From Sulfurospirillum sp. (GTDB lineage: Bacteria > Campylobacterota > Campylobacteria > Campylobacterales > Sulfurospirillaceae): a stretch of DNA of 64,000 nucleotides. Made by a program: the position numbers and the translations under genes. Numbering within the stretch: position 1 is the first letter of the stretch; each line of letters begins with the position of its first letter. The notes under the pieces were generated by a model, which ran no database searches, was not told the DNA's origin, and worked only from the letters and a program-made list of their open reading frames with translations. The stretch lies in assembly GCA_016744795.1 (NCBI GenBank), contig JADGDR010000011.1, forward strand, positions 2,770-66,769, given 5' to 3'. Positions 20,870-29,311 of this stretch are shown here, one piece after another.

Positions 20870-22930
20870 TTACATTACAAATATCGTAGGAACGATAGTT
20901 GGGTATTTTTTCATCTTTCTAAATATATGTTTTCGTACAACAGCTCTCAACTCATTTTCAAAGGCTCTTGTATTTTGAATAAGATCTTTTTTTGCATTAA
21001 CAACAAATTGGTCTACAATGCCTTCCATATCTTTGCTAAACGCATGATCTTTAGCATCTGATACCAAACCATAACTAACTACTTTTGGCTTGCTTATAAG
21101 CTTGTGTTCGCTCTTATCAATCTGAGCTACTATCATTACAAGTCCAGCATCTGCCATATTTTGTCTGTCTATTACAACATCACTAGCAATCTGTTGATTT
21201 ATCTGATTGTCAATAAATACTTTTCCTACTTTTACACTTTTAACTTTTTTTATGTACTTAGGACATACTTCAATCTGATCACCATCGCCCATAAGAATTG
21301 TATTTCTAGCAGGAACACCACAACTAATACCTGTTTCTCTATGTTTTACAATGTGATTATATTCACCATGAACTGGTATAAAGAATTTAGGCTTAGTAAG
21401 TCTTAAAATAAGTTTTTGCTCTTCTTGTGCTGCGTGTCCACTTACGTGAATTTCACTAAAATCTTGATAAGCTACGCTTGCCCCACTCTTTAATAAGAAG
21501 TTAAGTACTTTTGATACACTTCCTTCATTACCAGGAATTGCCTTAGCTGAAATGATTATCTGGTCACTAGTTTTTATCTTTATATGTCTATGCTCATCAG
21601 TTGCCATTCTATAAAGTGCACTCATAGTTTCACCTTGGCTTCCTGTAGTAACTATCAATACTTCTTTGTCGTTATACTTATTTACCTCATGAGGGTCTAT
21701 AAAAATGCTTTTATCAAACTTAATATAACCCAAGTCCATAGCAGTAAAAAGGTTTCTCTCCATAGAGCGACCAATAACACAGACTTTTCTACCATGTTTT
21801 ACACCATAGTCTATAGCTTGATAAACTCTGTGGATATTTGATGAGAAAGTAGACATAATAACTCTACCTTTTGCTTTTGAAAAAATAGCATCAAAAGTTT
21901 TACCAACGGTACTCTCACTTCTTGTAATACCCTCTTTATATGAATTTGTACTATCACTTAAAAGTGCTAATACACCTTTTTCACCGTAGTAAGCGAAACG
22001 ATTTAAATCAGTTACATAACCATCTATGGGAGTGTGATCAATCTTAAAATCACCAGTATGAATGATTGTTCCTGCATCTGTTGTTATTGCTAAAGATGAG
22101 GCATCTATAATAGAGTGTGTTATATGTATCCACTCTACTTTAAAATCACCTATTTTAATTACTTTTCTTTTCTCTACTGGACGAAATAGTTTCTTCTGTG
22201 CTTTTAAACCATGTTCATCAAACTTATTTGCTATCATACCAAGAGGTAATGGAGTTGCATAAATAGGGAATTGCATCTCTTTAAAAAGATATGGTAATGC
22301 ACCTATGTGATCTTCATGTGCATGAGTAATAACAATACCTTTTATCTTTTTCTTTATGGTTCTAAGATAAGTAAAATCCGGAATTAGTATATCTACGCCA
22401 TGCATATCTTCGCTAGGAAAACTCATGCCAACATCAAGTATAATCGCACTTGTATCAGTCTCAAACACACAGATGTTTCCACCAATTTCACCAAGTCCTC
22501 CAAGAGGAGTTATGCGTATCTTAGCATCTGTTTTTAGATCTAACTGAGAAAATTTTTGAAGTCTTTCTTTGTGCATTTTTTCATTGGCTTCAATTGTTTT
22601 ACGCATATCATTTTGCCACTTCTCATTACCCTCTAAAGCACTAGGCTTAGTTCTTGCACTTTGAAATTTTCTATTATTTCTTTTTTGGTGTGGTTTTTTA
22701 GCATTGGGATTTATATTGCCATCTTTATCATTTGCAGCTTTTGCATTTGGATTTACATTACCATCTTTATCTTTAGGTTGCCCAGGTTTTTTATTACCAT
22801 TGTTATGTTGGGGTTTTCTTCTTTGTTGTGGCTTTTTTGCCTCATTATTTTGTGGTGTTTTTGCCTCGTTATTTTGTGGCTTTTTAATCTCGTTAGTTTG
22901 TGGTTTGTGTTCTTTCTTTTTCTCTTCCAT
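20870..22930 (-). CDS. rnj: Ribonuclease J with a Lys/Asn/Pro-rich repetitive N-terminal extension
   Basis: 686 aa. The MBL/beta-CASP core carries HAHEDHIG and an RNase J C-terminal domain. The first ~130 aa are low-complexity repeats. Confidence 0.93.
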   Translation of the reverse strand: MEEKKKEHKPQTNEIKKPQNNEAKTPQNNEAKKPQQRRKPQHNNGNKKPGQPKDKDGNVNPNAKAANDKDGNINPNAKKPHQKRNNRKFQSARTKPSALEGNEKWQNDMRKTIEANEKMHKERLQKFSQLDLKTDAKIRITPLGGLGEIGGNICVFETDTSAIILDVGMSFPSEDMHGVDILIPDFTYLRTIKKKIKGIVITHAHEDHIGALPYLFKEMQFPIYATPLPLGMIANKFDEHGLKAQKKLFRPVEKRKVIKIGDFKVEWIHITHSIIDASSLAITTDAGTIIHTGDFKIDHTPIDGYVTDLNRFAYYGEKGVLALLSDSTNSYKEGITRSESTVGKTFDAIFSKAKGRVIMSTFSSNIHRVYQAIDYGVKHGRKVCVIGRSMERNLFTAMDLGYIKFDKSIFIDPHEVNKYNDKEVLIVTTGSQGETMSALYRMATDEHRHIKIKTSDQIIISAKAIPGNEGSVSKVLNFLLKSGASVAYQDFSEIHVSGHAAQEEQKLILRLTKPKFFIPVHGEYNHIVKHRETGISCGVPARNTILMGDGDQIEVCPKYIKKVKSVKVGKVFIDNQINQQIASDVVIDRQNMADAGLVMIVAQIDKSEHKLISKPKVVSYGLVSDAKDHAFSKDMEGIVDQFVVNAKKDLIQNTRAFENELRAVVRKHIFRKMKKYPTIVPTIFVM
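22688..22771. repeat. 2 x 42-bp in-frame tandem repeat in the rnj 5' region
   Basis: It encodes DKDGNVNPNAKAAN followed by DKDGNINPNAKKPH. The near-identical DNA units were read directly. Confidence 0.7.
22835..22906. repeat. 3 x 24-bp in-frame tandem repeat in the rnj 5' region
   Basis: It encodes KPQTNEIK, KPQNNEAK and TPQNNEAK. The repeat overlaps the 3' tail of rsmA. Confidence 0.7.
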
Positions 22931-23744
22931 CTTCTTTATTCCTTAAATCATTAAATAGTAGATGATGAGACATGACGCTTATTTCATGAGGTCTGATAGT
23001 AAGTGGAAATTCATATTTATCTAAAAGTGAATTGGCATATTTTTTGTCAACCCACTGCGAAATATTTTTCAACCATGTTTTTCTTGGAGCTGTAAACGAA
23101 CGTTTTAGATACTTTTCAAACATCTTTAACTCTTCATTTGTCTCAAAAACTCCAGGAAATTCACCTTTGATGAATTCTCTCTCTTTTTTAATCATAAGTA
23201 TAGACGAGGTTACTTTCGGTTGTGGTTCAAAAGCTTCAGGAGGAACATCAAACAGAATCTTAGACTTACCAACACTTTGTGCCAAGATAGCTAACGATGT
23301 AAACTCTTTTGTCTTGTGAGGTGCTGCAAATTTCATAGCAACCTCTTTTTGAATCATAACGACCAAACTCTTGCACAGTGGGTCTTTCAAAGCTTCAAGG
23401 ATAATAGTAGTGGCAATATAATATGGTAAATTCGCTACCAAATCATAAGGCTCATTACTTAAACTACCCTGTGGAAATTTTTCTAACACGTCACCTTCGA
23501 CGATAGAAAATTTCCCCTCATTTATCTCTTTTGAGAATTTATCTTTTAGATAAGCTATTAAATCCCTATCTATCTCATACGCTACTACAGGCTTAACCTC
23601 TAGTAATCTTTGCGTCAAATCACCTAAACCAGGTCCGATTTCGATAAGTTTTCTATCGTTCACGGGCATCGATTGGATGATCCTATGTAAAACCGAGGTA
23701 TCCTTTAAAAAATTCTGTCCAAATCTCTTTCTTGCTTCAATCAT
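22893..23744 (-). CDS. rsmA: 16S rRNA (adenine1518/1519-N6)-dimethyltransferase
   Basis: 283 aa with the RFGQNFL N-terminus, SAM motif EIGPGLGDLT and NLPYYI. The 3' end overlaps the rnj start by 38 nt. Confidence 0.93.
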   Translation of the reverse strand: MIEARKRFGQNFLKDTSVLHRIIQSMPVNDRKLIEIGPGLGDLTQRLLEVKPVVAYEIDRDLIAYLKDKFSKEINEGKFSIVEGDVLEKFPQGSLSNEPYDLVANLPYYIATTIILEALKDPLCKSLVVMIQKEVAMKFAAPHKTKEFTSLAILAQSVGKSKILFDVPPEAFEPQPKVTSSILMIKKEREFIKGEFPGVFETNEELKMFEKYLKRSFTAPRKTWLKNISQWVDKKYANSLLDKYEFPLTIRPHEISVMSHHLLFNDLRNKEDGREKERTQTTN

Positions 23745-23864
23745 AATACTACCTCTAAATTTAGGCGATTGTACCCAAATTTTACTTACATATAGATTAT
23801 GTAATAATTATTCAGTAATTATTTTGCCTTTTTTTAGTATTATGAGAGAAAATAAAGAGTTAAT

Positions 23865-24623
23865 ATGGACTATTTCGCAAAAAGAATCATACCTTGTTTG
23901 GATGTAAAAGATGGGCGCGTTGTGAAAGGTGTAAACTTTGTTGGTTTGCGTGATGCAGGAAATCCTGTTGAAGTGGCTAAACGTTACAATGATGAAGGTG
24001 CAGATGAGATTACTTTTTTAGATATCACTGCAACTCATGAGAATAGGAATACCATGGTTGACATGGTAGAAGAGGTTGCTAAAGAAGTTTTTATCCCACT
24101 TACAGTTGGTGGAGGTATACGAACTTTAGATGATATCTACAAACTTCTTAAAGTTGGTTGCGACAAAATAAGCATCAACTCTCATGCTATTAAAAATCCA
24201 GATTTTATAAACGAAGCTTCTAAACGTTTTGGTTCACAATGTATTGTTGTAGCAATAGACGCTAAAAGAACAGGAGAAAGTTGGAACGTCTATGTAAGTG
24301 GTGGTAGAATTGATACTGGACTAGATGCACTTGAATGGGCAAAGGAAGTTCAAAAACGTGGAGCAGGTGAAATACTTTTAACTTCCATGGATTGTGATGG
24401 AGTAAAAACTGGATATGACATTGAGTTAACTTCTAAGATGAGTCGTATGCTTAATATTCCTGTTATTGCAAGTGGTGGAGCGGGAACTATGGAACACATA
24501 AAAGAAGCATTTCAAAATGATGCAGATGCTGCACTTGCTGCTTCTATTTTTCATTTTAAAGAGATAGATATAATGGATTTAAAACATTATCTAAAAAAGG
24601 AAGGGATACCCGTAAGAATATGA
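23865..24623 (+). CDS. hisF: Imidazole glycerol phosphate synthase, cyclase subunit
   Basis: 252 aa. [25 protein letters not shown] and ASGGAG are HisF hallmarks. Confidence 0.96.
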   Translation: MDYFAKRIIPCLDVKDGRVVKGVNFVGLRDAGNPVEVAKRYNDEGADEITFLDITATHENRNTMVDMVEEVAKEVFIPLTVGGGIRTLDDIYKLLKVGCDKISINSHAIKNPDFINEASKRFGSQCIVVAIDAKRTGESWNVYVSGGRIDTGLDALEWAKEVQKRGAGEILLTSMDCDGVKTGYDIELTSKMSRMLNIPVIASGGAGTMEHIKEAFQNDADAALAASIFHFKEIDIMDLKHYLKKEGIPVRI

Positions 24624-25165
24624 TAGTTTGTGCAGGTAGAAACGAAATATTTGATTTTGCTCATCCAATTGGAGTAGGGCTTATAGAAAGTACAATGAAT
24701 TTAACTAGACTTGTTCTGTTTGATAAACCTGATTTTTTGCTTTTTATTGGTAGTGCTGGAAGCTATGGAAATCACAAGATTTTTGATATAGTGAAATCAA
24801 AAACAGCAGCAAATATAGAGTTGGGTTTTTTAGATAACAGATGTTATACTCCATTAGAAAATGTAGTTTCAGCCGAAGAAAATCAAAATGTTCCACGTGA
24901 AACACTCAATATTGTAAACTCTAGTAATTACATAACTACTGACAGTGTTAGCTCAAAAAAGTTTATAACACTTGGCTTGGAGTTAGAAAATATGGAGTTT
25001 TTTGCACTTTTGAGTGTAGCTAAGGAGTATGATATACCAGTCGCTGGTGTCTTTATAGTAACTAACTACTGTGATACTAACGCACATAAAGATTTTGGAA
25101 AAAATCATAAAAAAGCAAAAGAGTTATTAACAATATATATGAGGAATTACCGTGGAAATAAGTAA
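24620..25165 (+). CDS. PNP/UDP-fold nucleosidase-like protein (possible futalosine/MTA-type hydrolase)
   Basis: 181 aa with IGSAGSYG and ENMEFFA motifs resembling the nucleoside phosphorylase-I/MTAN fold. The exact substrate cannot be assigned. Confidence 0.55.
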   Translation: MIVCAGRNEIFDFAHPIGVGLIESTMNLTRLVLFDKPDFLLFIGSAGSYGNHKIFDIVKSKTAANIELGFLDNRCYTPLENVVSAEENQNVPRETLNIVNSSNYITTDSVSSKKFITLGLELENMEFFALLSVAKEYDIPVAGVFIVTNYCDTNAHKDFGKNHKKAKELLTIYMRNYRGNK

Positions 25166-26237
25166 TATATTAGACTACTCAAAAGAAGAGTTAGCTGAAA
25201 TAATCAAGCCCTCTTTTAGAGCAAAACAAATTTACCAATGGATATATTGCAAGTATGTCAATTCATATGATGATATGAAAAATATACCAAAAGAGATGAG
25301 AGAAAATCTAAAAAAGAACTATGTACTCAATCCATTAAAATTTGTAAAAAAAGAGATTAGCAGCGATGAGAGTATAAAATATCTCTTTGCTCTGCATGAT
25401 GGATATACTGTCGAAGCTGTACTTTTACCTATGAAAAAAGAGAAAGTTGATGAAGATGGTAAACTAATACACCTCACAAAATACACTATCTGTATCTCAT
25501 CTCAAGTGGGCTGTAAAATAGGATGTAGTTTTTGTCTAACAGCAAAAGAGGGTTTTAAAAGAAACCTCACTGCTGGAGAGATAACAGCTCAGGTTCTTGA
25601 AATTAAAAAAGATAATAATATTGCACAAAACAGAAGAGTCAATATAGTATATATGGGTATGGGTGAACCCTTAGATAACATACAAAGTGTAGCAAAAGCA
25701 GTCAAGATATTCTCTGATCCTGATGGGCTTGCAATTAGCCCAAGACGACAAACTATCTCAACAAGTGGATTAAGTAAACAGATAGAAAAACTAGGAAAAA
25801 TGGACTTAGGAATTCTTTTAGCAATATCACTTCACGCAGTAGATGATGAACTAAGGGAAAAACTAATGCCCATAAATAAAGCCTATAATATAGAATCAAT
25901 CATTAATGCTGTTAAAGCTTTTCCAATAGATGCAAGAAAAAGAGTAATGTTTGAATATCTTGTAATGCAAAATGTAAATGACGATATCAAAAGTGCGAAA
26001 AAGCTAGTAAAACTTCTTCATGGTATAAAAGCAAAAGTAAATCTAATATACTTTAACCCACACATTGGAAGCCAATTCCAAAGACCATCACGAAATTCGG
26101 TTGTAGCTTTTCAACAATATCTTACAGATCATGGAGTACTTTGTACCATAAGACAATCTAAAGGCTTAGATATAAGTGCAGCATGTGGTCAATTAAAAGA
26201 AAAAACAGATAGGGAGTTAGCAAATGACAAGTCTTGA
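25152..26237 (+). CDS. rlmN: 23S rRNA/tRNA (adenine-C2)-methyltransferase, radical SAM
   Basis: 361 aa with a GTG start. It has the radical-SAM cluster motif [10 protein letters not shown], the GMGEPL motif and the C-terminal catalytic Cys (SAACGQL). Confidence 0.93.
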   Translation: MEISNILDYSKEELAEIIKPSFRAKQIYQWIYCKYVNSYDDMKNIPKEMRENLKKNYVLNPLKFVKKEISSDESIKYLFALHDGYTVEAVLLPMKKEKVDEDGKLIHLTKYTICISSQVGCKIGCSFCLTAKEGFKRNLTAGEITAQVLEIKKDNNIAQNRRVNIVYMGMGEPLDNIQSVAKAVKIFSDPDGLAISPRRQTISTSGLSKQIEKLGKMDLGILLAISLHAVDDELREKLMPINKAYNIESIINAVKAFPIDARKRVMFEYLVMQNVNDDIKSAKKLVKLLHGIKAKVNLIYFNPHIGSQFQRPSRNSVVAFQQYLTDHGVLCTIRQSKGLDISAACGQLKEKTDRELANDKS

Positions 26238-26319
26238 CTTGGGAGAAGTAGGGTTTTTAATAATAGTGATTTTAATTGGAGTAGGTGGACTAATAAAAGT
26301 TCTGCTTATAGATAAATAA
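26224..26319 (+). CDS. Possible 31-aa small membrane peptide
   Basis: An ATG at 26224 overlaps the rlmN 3' end. It reads [31 protein letters not shown], which has one clear hydrophobic helix, and is followed by the terminator hairpin. It is below the ORF-track cutoff and no homology evidence is available to me. Confidence 0.3.
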   Translation: MTSLDLGEVGFLIIVILIGVGGLIKVLLIDK

Positions 26320-26328
26320 TAAGACATC

Positions 26329-26362
26329 ATTTCACAGTGAAATCACGACTTCACTGTGAAAT
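26329..26362. terminator. Bidirectional terminator hairpin
   Basis: A perfect 13-bp stem pairs ATTTCACAGTGAA with TTCACTGTGAAAT around an 8-nt loop, between the convergent rlmN (+) and FAH-family (-) genes. Confidence 0.65.
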
Positions 26363-26364
26363 TA

Positions 26365-26976
26365 TTAGTTTGCAATCCACTCTTTTTGAATAAGAAGTTT
26401 ATCATCTTGATAAATCTCTCCTATAAATTTATCTCCTTGATTTACAATTCCAACTCCTTTTGGAGTTCCACTCATAACTATATCACCATTTTGCAAGCAA
26501 GAAAAACTCTCTATCTCTTCTAATATATCTTCTGGTCTATAAAGCATATGAGTAACTGAGCCATTTTGTATGAGTTTATCATTTATAAAAAGCTTTACAT
26601 GTAAAGAACTTGTGTCTCCACTAAACTTTACAAAATCACTAAAAACAGAAGCGCCATCAAATGCTTTTGCTCTCTCCCAAGGAAGCCCTTTTTCTTTTAG
26701 TTTACTCTGAATCCCTCGTTTAGTTAGATCTAGTCCAAAACCAACTCCAGCTATCTTTGAATTAATTATCAGAAAAGAAATCTCTCCTTCATAGTGAATT
26801 GGCTCATCTTTACATGTAAAGAGTTTCTCGTCAATAGATGAATTTGGTTTCATAAAAATTACCATAGAAGAGGGTATCTCATTGCCTAACTCTTTTATAT
26901 GTTCAACATAGTTTCTTCCTATGCAAACTATCTTTGCAGGTGCTATCTTTTTACTTTCAAAATTTACAGTTTTCAT
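26365..26976 (-). CDS. Fumarylacetoacetate hydrolase (FAH) family protein
   Basis: 203 aa with an FAH-family C-terminal domain pattern (KIVCIGRNY..H..E, HYEGEI, GDIVMSGTPKGVG). Confidence 0.85.
   Translation of the reverse strand: MKTVNFESKKIAPAKIVCIGRNYVEHIKELGNEIPSSMVIFMKPNSSIDEKLFTCKDEPIHYEGEISFLIINSKIAGVGFGLDLTKRGIQSKLKEKGLPWERAKAFDGASVFSDFVKFSGDTSSLHVKLFINDKLIQNGSVTHMLYRPEDILEEIESFSCLQNGDIVMSGTPKGVGIVNQGDKFIGEIYQDDKLLIQKEWIAN
26593..26606. repeat. Perfect 14-nt palindrome CTTTACATGTAAAG (iterated motif copy)
   Basis: Read directly, inside the FAH-family CDS (encodes SLHVKL on the minus strand). Confidence 0.85.
26808..26821. repeat. Perfect 14-nt palindrome CTTTACATGTAAAG (iterated motif copy)
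   Basis: Read directly, inside the FAH-family CDS (encodes LFTCKD on the minus strand). Confidence 0.85.
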
Positions 26977-27931
26977 AAAATTCCTTTTTTATATCTGTTT
27001 TAGATTCTATATCATACTTGACATCTTTATATGTAAAAGAGATTCTAGAAGCATGAAGTAACAACCTTTTTGCCCTAGTTAACTCTGTACTTTTTTCAGA
27101 ACTCATAAGCCCATCAAGATACTCTTCTGCTAAATTTTCATCTAGACCATAAAGTGTATCTCCGATTATTGAATGTTCCACGTGAAACAAATGTACTCTT
27201 ATTTGATGTTGTCTTCCTGTTTTTGGAATTGCTTTGACTAATGTAACATCATTTTTTTCATCATAACTTATTGGTTCAATCCTAGTAAAAGAGTCTTTTC
27301 CATCTTCATGAACATGTACCTTGATTCTTATTTTTGAACTAGGCAAATCAACTAGTAGTTTTTCATTTATATCTAATGCAACTTTAACTGTTCCATTAAC
27401 TAAAGCAATATACTCTTTATATACTTTTTTCTCTTCAAATAGTTGCTTTAACGTTACTTCACTTTTTTTGTTTTTACTAATGACTATTAATCCACTAGTT
27501 CCTTTATCAATACGATGAACGGCATTTGCATCTCTTCCAAAAAGATATTTTATATCATCATTAAGAGTTTGTACCTCTTCACGTTTTCTTGGGTGAACTA
27601 AGATACCGCTTGGTTTTTCAAATACTGCAAAATCTTCCGTTTCAAAAACTGGTTTCAATCCTATAGGATTTGGTTTAAAAACAACAACTTCAATCTCTCC
27701 TTGAATTTCACCACTTTTATGTTCAAGTAAAACTCCATTTACAAATACTCTTTTTCTATCTACTGTTTTTTGTGCTTCATGAATTGAAATTCCTAATTCA
27801 TCCATCAAAACTTTAAATGTTTTTTTTAACTCTTTTTGAAAAAACTTTTTCGTGACATACGCCAAAATTAACCTCTTTGTAACTAATAATTTGCTAAAAT
27901 AAATACCCTTAGATATAAGGTATTTTAACAT
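26957..27931 (-). CDS. RluA-family pseudouridine synthase
   Basis: 324 aa with an S4-like N-terminus, catalytic HRIDKGTSGL and GRQHQIRVH. Confidence 0.88.
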   Translation of the reverse strand: MLKYLISKGIYFSKLLVTKRLILAYVTKKFFQKELKKTFKVLMDELGISIHEAQKTVDRKRVFVNGVLLEHKSGEIQGEIEVVVFKPNPIGLKPVFETEDFAVFEKPSGILVHPRKREEVQTLNDDIKYLFGRDANAVHRIDKGTSGLIVISKNKKSEVTLKQLFEEKKVYKEYIALVNGTVKVALDINEKLLVDLPSSKIRIKVHVHEDGKDSFTRIEPISYDEKNDVTLVKAIPKTGRQHQIRVHLFHVEHSIIGDTLYGLDENLAEEYLDGLMSSEKSTELTRAKRLLLHASRISFTYKDVKYDIESKTDIKKEFYENCKF

Positions 27932-27966
27932 AAAAATAAATTAAATATATATAAAAGGTGATAAGA

Positions 27967-29295
27967 ATGGTTGAACGTTATGCTAGAGAAGAGATGACAA
28001 AACATTGGACACAAAAAGCTAGATATCAAGCATGGCTTGATGTTGAGAAAGCAGCCGTTAAAGCTTGGAATAAAATTGGATTAATCCCTGATGAAGATTG
28101 CAAAAAAATTGTAGAAAATGCTGGATTTTCAGTTGAGAGAATCGAAGAGATAGAAGCTGTTACAAGACACGATCTTATAGCCTTTACAACTAGTGTCTCC
28201 GAAACTCTTGGAAGTGAGTCAAGATGGTTTCACTATGGGATGACAAGTTCCGATGCTGTTGATACTGGTGTAGCTATTCAAATGAAGCATTCACTTGAAA
28301 TCATCATTAATGATACAAAAATGTTAATGGAGTCTATTAAAAAAAGAGCCTTAGAACATAAAATGACCCTTATGGTTGGACGTAGTCATGGAATTCATGG
28401 CGAGCCTATAACCTTTGGTTTAACTCTTGCAGTTTGGTACGATGAAATGGCAAGACATTTAGAAAACTTGAACCAAACTATGGACGTTATCTGCGTAGGT
28501 CAAATAAGTGGTGCTATGGGTAACTTTGCACACGCTCCATTAGAACTTGAAGAGTATGCTATGAAAGAGTTAGGGCTAAAACCTGCTCCAGCATCTAATC
28601 AAGTAATCCAACGAGACAGATACGCTAGACTAGCAACTACTTTGGCCTTGTTGGCTTCAACAATAGAAAAGTTTGCTGTTCAGATTAGACACCTTCAAAG
28701 AACTGAAGTTTATGAGTGTGAAGAGTTTTTTGCTAAAGGGCAAAAAGGCAGCTCTGCTATGCCTCATAAAAGAAATCCAATCCTAACAGAAAACATAACA
28801 GGACTTGCAAGAATGATAAGATCTTATGCAGCTCCTGCTATGGAAAATGTAGCACTTTGGCATGAGAGAGACATCAGCCACTCTTCTACTGAAAGATTTT
28901 GGTTACCAGATGCTTTCATAACAACAAACTTTATGATGCACAGAATAAACAATGTAATTGCTAACCTAACAGTAATGCCAAAAAATATGATGAAAAATCT
29001 CAACTTAACTGGTGGGCTAGTATTTTCTCAAAGAGTTTTACTAGAACTTCCACTTCAAGGCGTAAGTAGAGAAGATGCTTATAGAATTGTTCAAAGAAAT
29101 GCTATGAAAGTTTGGGAAGAGATTGGGCAAGGCAAACCAACAACAAATGAAAAAGGTGAAAGCCTATATCTTAACCATCTCTTAAATGATGAAGAGTTAA
29201 GAGAAAAACTAAGCGAAGAAAAAATAAGAGAGTGTTTTGATTATGATTATTACACTAAAAACGTAGATAAAATCTTTGCAAGAGTATTTATATAA
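27967..29295 (+). CDS. purB: Adenylosuccinate lyase
   Basis: The N-terminus MVERYAREEM, the signature GSSAMPHKRNP and the fumarate-lyase fold support the call. I prefer ATG 27967 (AAAAGG 8 nt upstream) over the track's GTG at 27958. Confidence 0.95.
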   Translation: MVERYAREEMTKHWTQKARYQAWLDVEKAAVKAWNKIGLIPDEDCKKIVENAGFSVERIEEIEAVTRHDLIAFTTSVSETLGSESRWFHYGMTSSDAVDTGVAIQMKHSLEIIINDTKMLMESIKKRALEHKMTLMVGRSHGIHGEPITFGLTLAVWYDEMARHLENLNQTMDVICVGQISGAMGNFAHAPLELEEYAMKELGLKPAPASNQVIQRDRYARLATTLALLASTIEKFAVQIRHLQRTEVYECEEFFAKGQKGSSAMPHKRNPILTENITGLARMIRSYAAPAMENVALWHERDISHSSTERFWLPDAFITTNFMMHRINNVIANLTVMPKNMMKNLNLTGGLVFSQRVLLELPLQGVSREDAYRIVQRNAMKVWEEIGQGKPTTNEKGESLYLNHLLNDEELREKLSEEKIRECFDYDYYTKNVDKIFARVFI

Positions 29296-29311
29296 CTTTA
29301 TAGGACAATTA

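Noticed and set aside
22661-22954. Two overlapping plus-strand ORFs (97 aa and 80 aa) rich in Phe/Leu/Cys, opposite the rnj 5' repeats.
   Set aside because: They are the reverse-complement reading of the Lys/Asn/Pro codon repeats of RNase J. Their open frames are a by-product of the repeat composition.
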